Positions 1 through 15,606 of a DNA stretch of 64,000 nt are shown piece by piece. The DNA is from the human T2T-CHM13v2.0 reference genome, Homo sapiens. The notes under the pieces were generated by a model, which was not told where the DNA came from, made no database searches, and saw only the letters and a program-made list of their open reading frames with translations. The stretch is taken from assembly GCF_009914755.1 (NCBI RefSeq), contig NC_060939.1; one strand, written 5' to 3'. Position numbers and translations under genes: made by a program. Numbering within the stretch: the first letter of the stretch is position 1; every line of letters starts with the position of its first letter.

Positions 1-392
<392 letters not shown>

Positions 393-499
393 CTAAGCAG
401 GACACTCAGGTCCACTCGGGTATGGCTCCAATCCCCCTGAGTCCACAGGGGACCCCGTGGGCCTCTCTAGCAAATGCCATCAAAGCCCTGCCCATATTC

Positions 500-1248
500 C
501 CTTGGCACTTGCCATTTCAGTGTCCACAGGCCCTACTTTTCAAATTGCAGCCCCTGCAACTCTGTCTGAGGTTTTCTCTGCTACCAGAGCAGACTCAGCT
601 CATGCATGGGGCAGGCCAGAAGTGCTAAAGAATTTACATCCCCCAGGAACAGCCCTCAACTCATGACCAACAGGAGTTGATGGATAAACACCCTAGCCCC
701 TGTGACTCTCTGGTGTGATAAATCAGCAGTATTGTTCTACACTTCACACCGAATCAGTGATAGGGTTGCCAGATTTAGCAAACAAAAATACAAGGCAATT
801 TAATTTGAATTTCAAATAAACAACAAATAATTTGGGACAGCCTTTTTTTTTTTTGTTTAGAAATGAGGTCTCACTCTATTGCCTAGGCTGGAGTGCAGTG
901 TTGCCATCATAGTTCACTGCAGCCTCAAATTCTGAGGCTAAAGTGATCCTCCCGTCTCAGCCTCCCAAAGTGTTGGGATTGCAGGTGTGAGCTTACAGCT
1001 CCTGGCCTGGGACAAATTTATGCTAAAGCATTATTTGTCCTTTATTTTCTCTGACAACCCCACTTCCAGAGCTCCCAGCCAGCTGTCACTGTGCTAACAG
1101 GCTTGAAAATGTACTCTTACATCCACTTCCTTCCCTTCCCTGTCTCCCTCACTCTGCTCCAGGATTTCCAGGATAGCCTAAAAAATAAACCACCTGTATT
1201 TGAATGCTTGCCTCAGGATCCATTTCTGGGGCAGCCCAGCCAAGATGA
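500..1248 (+). mobile_element. LTR16-like (ERVL) LTR interrupted by a MER53 (about 761-1040) that itself contains an Alu monomer-like piece (843-1008, minus)
   Basis: cagaagtgct...cccccaggaacagccctcaac...ggataaacaccc and aataaaccacctg...cctcagg...tctgggg...ccaagat; MER53 terminus tagggttgccagatttagcaaa. Confidence 0.55.
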
Positions 1249-2104
1249 GGCCGGAGGCCCCAGGGAGTGGGTGGTGATGGCACTGCTGGGCTGTGTTCAA
1301 CACTTGCCCCCTACTGCAAATCCCCTTCCCAGGTGGGGAATTCTGGAGCCTCCCTGCGTCTGTCCCCGAGGCCCACGTAGACGAACCACAGACACCCACT
1401 CACCAGCACTCCCAGCAACTGCTCAGCCCTCCCCACCGCCCTTCAGCCACCCTGCCTTGCACCTGCTCAGATCCTCCCCAGCCAGATCCCAGCTCTGGCC
1501 CTCACCCTGCCTCTGGCCCTCATGGACTGGATATTTTTGCCTGGCTCCCTGGTAATTGAACCTAGTGGCTGGCGCTTCTCAATGTCCAGGCATTCATCTA
1601 TAGCTGACTAACACAGCCTCCCCTGTGACCCTGCTGCCAGGGCTGTCACCTCAGAGTCAGCCTCTGGCCGTGCCGTTCCCACAGGGAGGAGTGGTGGGAG
1701 TGAACATCTGGGCTCACTTCAGCCTGTCCTCCAAAGACTCAGTGAAACACAGTGAATTAAATAATACCCTAAATAAAATAAATGAATGGCAGAGTGTTTA
1801 CTAAATTCCCTGCCATCTTCAGTGGGAGGCTGATTTTAGGGGGAAGCAGGGGTGAAGTATTCATATTCTGTTTGGGCTCCACGGTCCATGTCAGCGCCTT
1901 GTGGCGGGAGCTCGCTGGCCTGCAGGATGTGGGGTGGGGGTGTCATGAAGAAGTGAGGCTGTGAGGCCACCCCAACTGGGGCCTCAAAACTGAACAGCTG
2001 AGGAGACAGTGGGGCTGGGTCCTGCCTCGCAGATGCTCTCTGGCTCCCTGGGGTAGGGGAAGGTTCCTGCAGGGCTGGGGCTCTGAGTAGGGCTGGCTTG
2101 CTTA

Positions 2105-2564
<460 letters not shown>

Positions 2565-2692
2565 TCAAACAGAGCCAAGGGAGACGTTGTACTGCTTGGT
2601 CTTTCTAGAACAAGGCAAGGGAGGGATGAGCAAATGAACTGTTGGATAGAAAGACAGACTTAGCACACACAGGGCTTAAAACCTCTGTGGAT

Positions 2693-2972
2693 AGCCAGGC
2701 ACGATGGCTCATGCCAGTAATCTTAGTACTTTGGGAGTCTGAGGTGAGAGGATTGCTTGAGCTCAGGAGTTCAAGATTAACCTGGGCAAAAAAGGAAGAT
2801 CTCGTCTCAAAAAAAAAAAAAAATTAACTAGGCATCATGGCACATGCCTATAGTCCCACCTACTTGGGAGGCTGAGGTGGAGGATCACTTGAGCCTGGGA
2901 GATCAAGGCTTGACCTTGATCATACCACTGTGCTCCAGCCTGGGCAGCAAAGCCAGACCTTGTCTCAAAAAA
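2693..2972 (+). mobile_element. Alu (AluJ-like)
   Basis: Diverged dimeric Alu. Confidence 0.9.
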
Positions 2973-3208
2973 GTAATTAATTAGTGACAGGTCTTCCTCT
3001 TGTGGACCTCTCTTTGCCTCCCAGAAAAGAGTCTCCCTCTGCGGACTCAGCTTGTGAACAGAAAGTGAAGGCTTCCAGAGTCCACTGAAGTTAAAAATCC
3101 TTCACTGTCTCATGAAACAGTCTTTGTGGCCCCTTTGTGTGCGTTGATGACTCACAGAGGCACTCGTGGTCTTTGTATTCGGAGGTAAGGCCGTCCTGTG
3201 GTCAGAAC

Positions 3209-3847
3209 TGTTGGGACTCAGGAAACAATACTCCAAAATGAAGGTCTCAGAAGCAGAAGTGTTTTTTTGGACCTTTTCCTGTCTTCCTGTCTCTCAGTCT
3301 CATTTACCCCCATGGCTAGGCATAGAAATTAAAATCTCGCCTCCCCAAGGTGGGAAGGTCATGGAAACCAGAACCCCTTTTCCCCAAAGGCAGTCTTAAA
3401 ACCTAAAAATATTACCCTAGCTTTCCTTCTGCCTTTTTGTATAAAAACTGGCCATAAAAAATTTATCTGACCTACCTTGTTTGACTGTAGGTCAAAAAAC
3501 CCTCATTCTAGAGAGGGTTCTGCCCCATATTGGGAAGGAAGGAACTCATGCTCAGAGAGGCCAAGCAGAATGTAGACAAACAGGGCTGGGTTTCCCCACT
3601 CAGTCTATTACCATTAGGTCATACCATTTGTCCAAGCAGATTTCTACATGGCTGTCCATACTCTGTTAGACTAAGCATAAAAATGGACAATTTCCCCTGT
3701 ATCTTTGGGTCTTCATTCTGAAGGCTCCTGTATATACGTTAATTAATGTGTATGCCTTTTCTCCTATTGATCTGATTTTGTGAGTTGATTTTTTTTTTTT
3801 AAACAAACCTTCAAAGGGCAGTGGGGAAATTTTCTCCAGGCCCCATA
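3209..3847 (+). mobile_element. ERV1 solo LTR (MER39/LTR29/MER34-like) in TGM5 intron 7
   Basis: Begins TGTTGGGACTCAGGAAACAATACTCCAAAATGAAGG, ends ...GGCCCCATA; near 4-bp TSD gaac/gagc; subfamily uncertain. Confidence 0.65.
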
Positions 3848-4144
3848 GAGCCAGGAGGTTCTGTGATGGAGGTGACAAAGATGAAAACCTCAACCCAGGG
3901 CAGAACACTCTTATGATATGAGACTTCTAAACCCCAAATGGGCTTTGTTCAGATGTCTCCCAGCTGAAGATTGGCAAGAGGTGTGGGGACAGCCTTGGTG
4001 GGGGGTGGGTGGGGGAGGGTGAGGGGGTGTGGAGGAGGTGAAGGGGAGGGACCAGGCTCATGGACCTCGTTCTGCCCTTCCTCCTGCCATGGGGCTTGGC
4101 TCTGATGTGTGGCCCTAGAAATAGGTTGAGAGGTTGTTTCTCAC

Positions 4145-4283
4145 CAGATAGTATCCTTCTTCTTATTCCCCAAAATCCTGCCTGTGTTGTCATAATACTC
4201 ATCTATGATCAGGTTTCCATCTGTATCGTGGCCAGAGTCGAAGTTGGTGATCACACGGGTAGGGATCCCCAGACACCTCATCA
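4145..4283 (-). CDS. TGM5: Transglutaminase 5, exon 7 (139 nt)
   Basis: TTTTTGCAG|TG ATG AGG TGT CTG GGG ATC CCT ACC CGT...ATC TG|GTGAG; [24 protein letters not shown]. Confidence 0.96.
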
Positions 4284-4966
4284 CTGCAAAAAGGGCACAA
4301 AAAAATCACCTGTGAGCTGTAGATTCCGGACCCGTATATTCCTGGACTTTGGGGCCTGGACCTGGGGAAATCTTCCATTTGCCATCTGCAGGAACATGCT
4401 GGAGCTGTCTGGAACACTGGAATAGTGATATTTCCAACTTCCTTCCCCACTTCTGGAGCTCATGGGAGAGATTCTAGGCAAAGGTGGGGATGCTGACTGC
4501 TCAGACAAGCACTGCCTGAGCCAGTAAAGTCTAGCAAGCTGTGAGCTCTGCTTACGCCAGGAGGGTGGGACTGGCAAGCCTTTCCTTTGGCAAAACTCAG
4601 AGGCCTGACTCAACTGCATTTCTCTTCTGGCCCTAAATCTCCATCTTCAAGCCAAAGCTGGAATTCCATTCCTTTCTGTAGTTAGGATTATTGCTTCAGA
4701 CCATCAGATTCTCAAGCAAAATATTCTGTGGCTTTGATTCCCCCTTTTCCTGGGTATATGATCTTGGAAGCCTCTCTAGAAAAGCATCATAGATTAAGCC
4801 AAGAGGAAAGAAAACCATGTAACAAGAGCTTAGAAAAGTGAGAGTTTCTACCTGGTAGAGAAATTCTTGAAAGAAGGTAGAGTGTTGTCTTTATTCCTGG
4901 GGGCCATGCATTCTGTTTGCCAGCCAACTTCCTTTCTTTATCCTCTGCTGTATTTCCATTCTGTGC

Positions 4967-5293
<327 letters not shown>

Positions 5294-8027
5294 TCATGTC
5301 CAGCAATGACAGTCCACTCAATCTAATAATGACAATAATAGTATCTACCAGCTGGGCATAGTGCTAAATGCTTCACACATAGTATCCTTAAGACAACTCT
5401 ATCTGATGGCTACTATTATTATCTCCATTTTGAAGACAAAGAATCAGAGGCTAAGAAAGTTTGCTACCTTGACCAAGGTCACACAGCTAGTAAGAGGCAG
5501 AGCTACCACTAAAATCCTGGTTTCACTGCTAAGCTTGCAATCAATACTGAGTCCAGCTTTTGGTAGTATGCATACAGTTCAGCATCTTAGTGTTTTTACC
5601 TAATTTTACATCCTAAGCATTTTCCTATTTTATCGAATATTTGCCGAAAGCAAGATTTTAGTGGTGATTATTTTGAAACATTTAGTTGGTTTTCAATTTT
5701 CCCCCTGTTGTAAATACTGTGATAAATACCTTTGTAGATCAATATCCCCCCTCCCCTGGGACATATTCTAAGGGGTAAAGTGACTGAGTCAAAAATATGG
5801 TTATTTCTAAGGGTTCTTCACACACACTACTGTCATTTCTTAAAAGTTTATAATTTTTAGTTTAAACATTTAATTGTGTACAGATTTTAGCTCACCCTCT
5901 TCTTATTCTGCACTTTGACACAGAGCCTCTCCAGGCCAGGGTGGGGACAGGCCTCTGGATGCGACCAGAAAAGGGAGGGGAGAAGCCCAAAGGGAGCCTT
6001 GAGCTCGCGTGGCAGGTTTGAACAGGGCTGAAGAACTAGGGCAGGTGGTGGGTAGAGCTGACAAGTGGGTTGTAGGTGGAGGTGACACAGGACAGCTGCA
6101 GAGGTGAGGCTGAAGTTTGAAAAGCTGTCACTGAAGGACCCTGAGACAGCAGTGAGGCAAGAGAGCAGCATTGCAGGGGCGCATTTATGCTGAAAGTACA
6201 GTCAGGAGGGTGGATGACACTCACAGTGACAAGAAAACGTGCCAAAGAAGAGGGCAGGGAGGGAGAGCAGGGAGCAAGCCTCCCCCTGCCCTTCACCCAG
6301 ATGGATGAGTTCATGAGTGGCCACCTGAAGTGTCAATAGTGGTGTCAACTCCTGCTAAACATGACTCGATGGGCACTTTCCCACCCTAACACAGGTAACT
6401 GGTCCTGAAGCACTTTGAAGTTCTCCATTAACCAGAGTATGAGGCTTGTAATGAATTGTTTATGAGTCTGTCTTCCTGAGGGCAGGGATTGTGTGTTATT
6501 CATCTTTATCATTACTCAACCATTAACAATACAGGGCAAGGCCCATTTTGCATCTTGCTGCATCTTTGCTGGATGGATGGATGAGTGGTGTCTTGTGAAT
6601 CTTTTGCCTGTTCTGGTGATTTCTGAGTTCAACTCACCACTATCCTGATGGTTGTGGGATATGCTTTGGGTACCAAGCTCAACTGTCCGTAGAGCATAAG
6701 CTTTGAGTGGTGATGGATTTGCACTGATCCAGTCTCACCCTTTGCTCATCATGGCTTGTGAGAGGACTTGGATGGGGAGCAGATTGTCACAGTAGAACAG
6801 AATGAAGTTACAGAGGGGCAAGAATGGTTTCTTACATAGGGGGTGAAGCCAAGGCATCAGCTTCAAGGCACTCAGATCTGTTCACCAGAAGTCATGCACA
6901 TACATGTTTCCAGGGGCCTTGCTCCAGAGCTCTGTCCTTCTGGTTCTGTCCTCCCACAAAGAGCTCATCCCGACTATGGCTTTCTCTCCCACTTCTGTGC
7001 CCAGGACTCTTGAATTTGAATCTTGAGCCTGTCTAGAGACCTTGCTGTCACTGAACACATCCCTTACTGAACTTATTGTCTTCCAGCCTTCTCGGTCTTC
7101 CTTTCTAGTCAAGGACATCATCATCATCATAGGTACCAGGCATGGTGCCAAGCACTGCACAAGGATTATCTACCTTAGTCTTCTTCATACCCATATGATT
7201 ATCCCAACTTTAAAGATGAGACACCTGAAGTTTAGAGAGGTAAGGTCACAGGGCAGGAAGAGAAAAACCAGGGCAGGACATAAACCCATGTCTCTCTGAT
7301 CTCAAAGCCTCTCATGCTTTTAACTGCAGGCCACAACACTGTAACTCCATTGGACATCCCAGCCACACCTCAGTCTCAATGCACCTTCCTCTGTGAAGTT
7401 TTCACCAATGACTCCACACCGCACTCATCCCTTCTCATGCTCTCACATAACCCTGATCGCCTGTGTCACACATTTCAGCACTGGATTCGGCTCTCTGTAA
7501 TTTAATGTGTCTGTCTTACCTTGTCTGCCAAATTACAAATCCCCCTAGAGTTGAGCTCATATAAGACTTTTCTTGCATTTCTACATTCCTAGTACAAGGC
7601 TGGGCACAGGGTAGGTGCTCATTATATTCCTGTTAAAGTGAGGCACCTTTAACCTGTTTCTGCAGACTATCAGTCCTGATGACTCACAGTTTGACATGAG
7701 ATTTAGGTGACCTGTCACTGATGATTTTGTGGGATCTGAGTCCCTCGTGAAAGAGAAACCCATGTGTGGCATCTGTGCTTATGGACATGCATACACTACA
7801 TGCACTGATGCAGTGACAACTGGGCAAAGGTGAACGAGATCTCAGAGTTGGGAAGGGACCACAGAGTTATCAAGGTATATCACACTGCATTCTCAGCATT
7901 AGTAATTACATTTCTTCATTCAGCCATTTAGTAGTCATTCAGTGATAAGTGTTGAGACCAGGTAGTCAATTAGATGAAGAGGATACAAAAATGAAAGACA
8001 TTCCTGCCTTCGAGGAATACAATTTCA

Positions 8028-8407
<380 letters not shown>

Positions 8408-10240
8408 TCAGGACTGGCTGTAAAGCTCTTTTTGCTGCAATGTGGAATGTGGCCCTAATTTTATAAGAAAATTCAGTGGAAAGTTAGAGTTCAATTTATT
8501 GAAATGCATTCAGTTAGCTTTACTGCCACACTCCCATAGCTTTTATCGAGAAATGTGGCCAAAACTCCAGCTCTTAGAGTCAAAGTAATTGAGTATAAAT
8601 GTGATGACTTTTATCACCTTTTAATTTCTCCCTGAACGCATTAAGCTTCCAAATGATAAATATATCACTTCCTGCTCTTTATCCCATGCCTTTAATCGTC
8701 CCTTATAACCAAGATGATCATATTGCTTTGGTCTTTCAGATATGCCATCACTAATCATATTTGAACTGTTCTCTCTCACCTGTAATGGCAAGGAAATGAA
8801 ATCTTATTTGTTTCCTTAATAGTACCTTAAGTATGCAAAGGTATACCATCTGTTTTCCATGATAATCTCCGGTCTTCTAGCCTGCACTAAGACAGGGCCC
8901 TACCAAAATTATTTTTTGATAAGGGGGTGGGGGCAATTAAGAACTGAACCCTCGTCATCGAAGTGCAATAACCTGTTACTCAAGAAGTACAAATGAGCAC
9001 TGTTTACAGAGAAATAGGAAATGGAAACAAGGATATCAACCTTGAAGGAGCAAAGCACAGCATGTAGGACCTGGGTCATGTATTAGATGAAAATGGCAGC
9101 GCAGAAGATGGCACTGGGCAGTTGCCATGGAGCTGTGAGACCTGCTCTGTGGCTCTGTGGCAGATTTGTAAGGGTTATCTGTGTGTGTGTGTTGGGGGGG
9201 GGGGTCTTAAATGGCAAAAAAGGCCCCTTCACAATGAGCACTACAATCTACTCCCTCCATCCTCACACAAGTCAGTCTCCTGGACCAACAGAGAAAAGAC
9301 AAAAATTTCAGCTGCTTGTGTGGGGATGGACAATCAGAAGACTGCTTTAAAAGACCTCTAGTCAAAATGTTTAATATGAATATTTTATATCTAACTTCCA
9401 GTTGCAAAATACAAAGAACAGAGGCATAAGACCAACAATACAATGAAGCCCTCGGGCAAGTCTAAAAGGTAGAGTTGTGCAGGACAACTGTCTCAGTGTC
9501 TTCAAAAAAGTCACATATTGAATTAAAGGATCTCTTTGATATTAAAGGAGACACAGAGGACATTGCAATCAGGTGCAATGTTTGGTTCCTAATTAGATCC
9601 TGATTTGGACAAACTGACTGTACAGACACAGCCTGTAGCCTCGTCCCCCGCCACTTCATGCTAGCAAAGACTGAACCATCTCAGCCAGGCATCAAGGTCA
9701 ACATCAACAGTGATAAGTCGTATTGACAGCAGGCACCCTTGATATTATGTGAGCAGGAAGCACTACTTTTGTTGTCTTCCTCCCCAAAATACATACTTCT
9801 AGTATGATCATGAGAACAATAACAGACAAATCGCAATTGAGGAACTTCCTAGAGCAGCATCCAGGCCACAACACAGGCTCGGGAAGCCCAGAAAGAACTC
9901 AGCAGTCTTAACAAGTTAACGAGATGAGATCACAATTGAGGGAAGCTAAGATGGCTCAAATTTGCAGGATGGAGTGTATGGAGGGGAGAGAGCTGAACAG
10001 AGAGAGTATTCCAGAGATCTGCAGAGGGGTCTTTCAAGTCTTTGGCTGAGTGGTAATCTGTGCAAGCATGGGGATGAAATTCCAGGAGGCCAGATAAAGC
10101 AATAGAGTGGAGACGCCTCATAATACATAGGGCATTTGATAAGAGTCTTCAGAAGAGGCATGACTTAGTAGTGGGGCTAAATTAAGCTTAGGGTAAAGAC
10201 TGCTCTGGAGCCATCATAACAAAGCTTAAAAGCAAACCTC

Positions 10241-10470
10241 AAGGAGTTTGAGACCAGCCTGGCCAACATGGCGAAACCCTGCCTCTACTAAAAGAACAAA
10301 AATTAGCCGGGCGTGGTGTTGGGTGCCTGTAGTCCCAGCTACTCAGAAGGCTGAGGCAGGAGAATAGCTTGAACCTGGTAGGTGGAGGTTGCAGTGAGCT
10401 GAGATTGTGCTGCTGCACTATAGCCTGGGCGACAAGAGCGAGACTCTGTCTCAAAAAAAAAAAAAAAAAA
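10241..10470 (+). mobile_element. 5'-truncated Alu
   Basis: Alu consensus; TSD aaaagcaaacctc on both sides. Confidence 0.93.
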
Positions 10471-10977
10471 AAGCAAACCTCCAAAAGCTCAAATTAATCT
10501 GCAAGGAATTTGTTATTGCTGTACCACACAAAGTCCTTTAAAGGAATAAAACAAAATCCAGTTATCAACAGCATAACACAATAAAAAATGGGCAAGCATG
10601 CAAAGAAACAGAAAAATATGACCCATAGCCAGTAGAAAAATTAATCAATAGAACCAGATTCAGAAATGCCAGAGACAATGAAATTAGCACTGAGTGACGA
10701 ATCATCCATACTCCAAACTTCAGCATCATGTAATATACCCACATAACACACCTGCACAGGTACCCCCGAATCTAAAATAGAAGTTGAAATTATTTTTTAA
10801 AAAGCTGACCTCAAAAAAAAAAGGAGACAAGGACCTCAAAGAGCTATTTTAAATATTATAAATATGCTCAAAATGCCCAAAGGGAGTTATAGAAAAACAA
10901 AAACATAATGAGAAGAGAAATGGAAGGTAAAAAAAAAAAAGACTCAGTGGAACTTCTAAAGATGAAAAATACACACG

Positions 10978-11073
10978 GGTCCAAGTGCAGTGGTGTTTAC
11001 AACTAATTCATCACAACAAGTTACAGATTTCTTTGTTCCTTTTCCATTCCCACTGCTTCACTTGACTAGCCCT
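10978..11073 (+). pseudogene. Y3 RNA (RNY3) retro-pseudogene
   Basis: GGTCCAAGTGCAGTGGTGTTTACAACTAATT...CTGCTTCACTTGACTAGCC matches hY3 as recalled, with about 6 substitutions and the first ~4 nt missing; followed by an A-rich tail. Confidence 0.9.
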
Positions 11074-11466
11074 AAAAAATAAACAAAAATAAAACTATAT
11101 ACATATGCATGCAAAAGACAAATACAATAGATGAAACCAAAACCATACTGAATAAAATACTGCACAAAGATAATAATATGATTTTTTTGCGAAAACACAT
11201 CCAACTACAGTGCTACATATTAAACACATTAAAATGTTTCCCTATCATGCAGAGAGGTGAATGGAAGTGGGCTATGAGATAAAAGGGGGAAATTAATTTT
11301 AATAAGAAGGGCCTTTTACAAAGAGGGGCCTGAGCAGACCAATTATGGTAAGTGCCATGAAATGAGGAATATAGTTAACTCTAAACATTCCAAGAAAGAA
11401 AGGAAATAAAAGGGAAAAAAAGTGGGAGAGAGGGGAACTGAAGTTTCAGGGATAGCTAGAAACAAC

Positions 11467-11766
11467 TTTTTTATTTATTTTTATTTTTTGAGACAGAGTC
11501 TTGCTCTGTCACCCAGGCTGGAGTGGCCTGATTTCAGCTCACTGCAAGCTCCACTTCCCAGGTTCATGCCATTTTCCTGCCTCAGCCTCCTGATTAGCTG
11601 GGACTACAGGAACCCACCACCACGCCCAGCTAATTTTTTGTATTTTTAGTACAGATGGGGTTTCACCATGTTAGTCAAGTTGGTCTCGATCTCCTGACCT
11701 GGTGATTCCCCTGCCTCGGCCTCCCAAAGTGCTGGGATTACAGGCATGAGCCACTGCACCTGGCCG
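11467..11766 (-). mobile_element. Alu (AluY/Sc-like)
   Basis: Antisense Alu; TSD gaaacaactttt. Confidence 0.93.
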
Positions 11767-13229
11767 AAACAACTTTTGAATAAGACCCAGCCAAAGCCCT
11801 GGAGCCCAAGAGGCAGAGATTAAAACAGTACCAGACTAATTATAATAGCTAACATTTAGATAAAACTTATGGGCCAGACATCTTTCTATCTACTCTCCAT
11901 GTATTAGTCAACAACCTTACGAGGGAACATTCCGTACTATCTTATGTCAATGGAAATCAATGGAAAATAAGAAAGGTTTGTGTTTAGTCCAGGGCACTGC
12001 ACAAAAGAGTTTGAACTGGGATCTAAGAAAAGGCTGGGGTATGCACCAGGGCCTTGGCTGCAGTTCCTTCTTTGAGACTTAAGGGTAAAAACAATGAGAA
12101 CAAGAGTTATTGTATTGAAATGAAGATGAGATACGTTTTAAAGGCCCCTACATAATTGAGTTAGAAAAATCTTAGATAATATCTAGCTCAGGGGTTTTCA
12201 AAAAAGTATTAAGCAGAGGGCCCTATATGCAAACTAATCATAAGTGAGGATTTGATGTATAAAAGACATGCAAGTTGGGTTGCTTTAGTTTAAGAGGGCC
12301 CAGTCCCAGTCCCAACCAGGCAGCCTCCCATCGCCCACACCCTTTCCTACCTCCCCTTCCCCTTACAGCCCCTGGGACCTTGGACCTTATTTTACAGAAG
12401 AGGGATGATGCTGTACACCTGCTTACGGTCACACATTAGTACCTCCCAACCCTCAGCCCAAGTCATTGCTGTCCCCTACCCCACTTCCAACCCCAGGCAG
12501 TTATGGACAAGAATAGACCAGGCATATTCCCAGGATGCCTGGCTTCTTCTCAAATAATTTTCTTGAGATATAATTCACATACCATAAAGTTCAGCCTTGT
12601 AAAGTGGACAGTTCAGTGGTTTGTAATACAGTCACAGGTTGTACAACAATCTTTACTGTCTAACTCCAAAACATTTTCACCTCAAAAGGAAACCTCATTA
12701 CATTAGCAGTCACTCCCAACTATCCCCTCCTCCCAGCCCTAAGCAACCACGCTCTACTTTCTATCTCTATGAATTTGCCTGCTCTGGACATTTCATATGT
12801 ATGAAATTATACACTATGTGGCTTTTTCACAGCTGGCTTTTGGGGAGTTTTCAGGCAACAGAACATCACTGTCCCCTCTGTACTCTTGCTATCGTGAAAG
12901 GCATCCAGGCTACTTCCCAGACCTCAGCCGAGGGCTGAGGGTTCCAATCTTGTCAAAGAGTGAAAGGCCAGAACAGGAAGAGCCTGAGGGCCTAGAACTC
13001 CAGGGTGCCTGGCCCTGGGCACAGAAAGGGTAGGGCAGGGAGTTCTCTAAAATTCTCAAGTAACAGGCAACTAAATGGATGTGCAAAAACTATAACCTCA
13101 TCTTTGAGGCACGCAAAGCCTCCTTTTGTGGTTTTTCTATGGGAAGTTGAAGTCAATGTGTCAACGTGTTGAAAGGCCACACTGGGAGGCAGGGCCGTAG
13201 AGGGGAGATGCATGTCTGAGTCAGACCAG

Positions 13230-13850
13230 AGTCCCTCAGTCACTTTAAGCCTGCTTCCTCATCTGTGAAATGGCTATAATGATATATCGACTTTGCAGGT
13301 GGTGGTCAGGATTAGTAAAAGTGAAAGTGTCCAGTGTGTTCCTGAGGGACTTGGTGCTGGATTAATGGCAGCTGCTAGCAATGTTCATGAGGTGGTATGG
13401 CCTGATGGTTAGCACATGGCTTACAGAGCCAGCCAGACTTGGGTATGAGACTGGCTCCACCACTCAATTTCCTCTTCTGAAAAATGGAGATGATAGGTCC
13501 CACCTCATAAGGTCATTTAGGGGATCAGACAAGAGGACCCTAACTGATGCTTCCTGAACACTCACTATAGCCAGGCACTATTCTAAGCACTCTCCAGTAT
13601 GAAGTCACTCAATCCCTTCAATAATCCTATGAGGTAGGTACCACTACTTTCCCCATTGTACATCTGAGGAAACTGAGGCACAAGTTAAATGACTTGCCCA
13701 AGGTTACTCAGCCAATTAATGGTAGTGCTGGTATGCAACCTCACGCATCTTGCCTCCAGAGTCCACAAGCTTCTCCACTACTCTAGGCTGTCAGGGTTTT
13801 AGCACAGTGCCTGGCACAAAGGAAGTCCCCAATAAACATTAGTTACTATG
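13230..13850. mobile_element. Cluster of MIR SINE fragments
   Basis: MIR core motifs (ttcctcatctgtgaaatgg; gaggaaactgaggcaca...gacttgcccaagg; agcacagtgcctggcaca). Confidence 0.7.
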
Positions 13851-15606
13851 GCTATGAAATAATAACATATATATTTTCAAAAAACATGCTTTGGGAACTG
13901 TTTGAGGTTAAGGAGTTTGACTAAATCTTTAATTTTAACTTTGGTTGAAGACAGAAGCTGGGTCTTACCCATCTTGTATCCAAGAGCTCTTGGAACACAG
14001 TGAGTGCCTGGTGTAGAATAAGGACTCAGTAAGTATTGCTGTGAAGGGATGAGTTTTTCAAACTGCTGTATTTCTTAATTTATAACATGGTAGCTCTTTG
14101 GGGGAAGGTTAGTGCTGATTGAGCTACAGGGGACTGGGCCACGTTTGACCTACTTTGACCAACCCTTTGTTTTCCAGGCCACTAAAGGGCCATGATTCTC
14201 ACAAACATGTTAATTGGTCTACTGTCATTGCATAATCTCCATTCACTGGCTCCACTTCTCTCATCACGCAGTTCCAGACAACCACACCCAAACCTGGCTC
14301 ACTCCTTCTACACACACATACCTGGCCCATTAGATGCTAGGCTTTTCCACACAATGGAAGGTTCCCTCTCTATCTTATACAAGATCTAGTCTCTACCTGT
14401 CAGTCTTGTGCTTGCTTCCTGAAGGACTCAGTCCTCTCACTTCACCCAAATATTCATGACATGGAGTCTCAAAGCTGTGGAATTCCTTGTTTCTTATACC
14501 TGGGCACTCAACTCATCCAACTCAACTCATCCAACTCAAGAGCTGGCTCTGCAGCTGCAGAGGAGTAATCTTGGGGCTTACTGATCATTCTCATCAACTG
14601 TGCAAAGTCACTCTCTCTCGGTGGCAACACCTCCTCGTGCCCTTGGACAGATGCCTGGGGCTCTCTGAGCTTCCTTCAGGGAAGTTGCATTCTTCCAACA
14701 GCCCAGAGATGGGCCTGGCACATATATGCACACGAAATGCAACAAACTTTGTCACACACAAAATTCTACCCAGAAGGCCTGAGCCCCCAATAAACACCAA
14801 GCTATGGGCAGATCTGGTATTCTTGGATTCCCCTAAAGAATCCTGTGAGCGAAAACCTTGCTTGGCTTCTCTCCCCAGCTTAACACAATAAATAACCTTC
14901 TGATCGCCACCCAAATCAGAATGCGCAAGCCAAGAGGCCGAGAGCAGGCCTGGGTGTGGGGCAGGGTGAGGGTGAGGACCCGGAGCAAGTGCTTGGCCCT
15001 GGGTGAGGCAGAAGGCCTCCTCCTTTCACCTCCATGTGTGACTCATTTCCAAGTATCACTCCCCTCATGATTTCCTCCTCATCTCCTCCTCTTGTCACCC
15101 ACAAACCAACTTCCATTTGCCATCTTTTCCACATATGTATTTTTTAGTTTTTCCTCTACTAATGTAGTATCCATTCCTTATCTGAAAAGCTGACCTCACA
15201 TTTTCTTCCTTCCCCTAACCCTCTGGCCAGAGTCAGGCTATCAGGCCCTCAACAACTCCAAATTCAAGGTCATTTCCCTTGGGTTGCCATCTTGCTCTGG
15301 CCCCATGGCCCACACCACAGCCCTGACTCACGTTTCCCTTCCATGTACACATCTTCATTGAGCCCATTCTCTGTGCTCAGAAAGGACACTAATCAGTTTG
15401 TAGTTTCCTAATTACTCAGCCTCTCATCTCATTTCTGTCTTGAACCTAGACAGTTCCCAGCCAAGCTCTTAGGAATATGCTGGTAAGTTGCCTAAGCTTA
15501 GACGAAGCAAGGGTGTCAGGCGTCCTGGGACGTGTGACTGTCACTTCGGAACCATGGTCTGACATAAGCCCAGACATGTGCAGTCTGAGGTCCGTGATGA
15601 GACACT

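Larger units (their letters stand above)
9280..11200 (+). mobile_element. Degenerate old L1 fragments (3' UTR-like and 5'/ORF1-like), hosting an Alu and the Y3 copy
   Basis: A-rich plus-strand sequence with L1M-like motifs (aaatatgacccatagccag...aatcaatagaa; gaacttctaaagatgaaaaatac); boundaries approximate. Confidence 0.5.
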
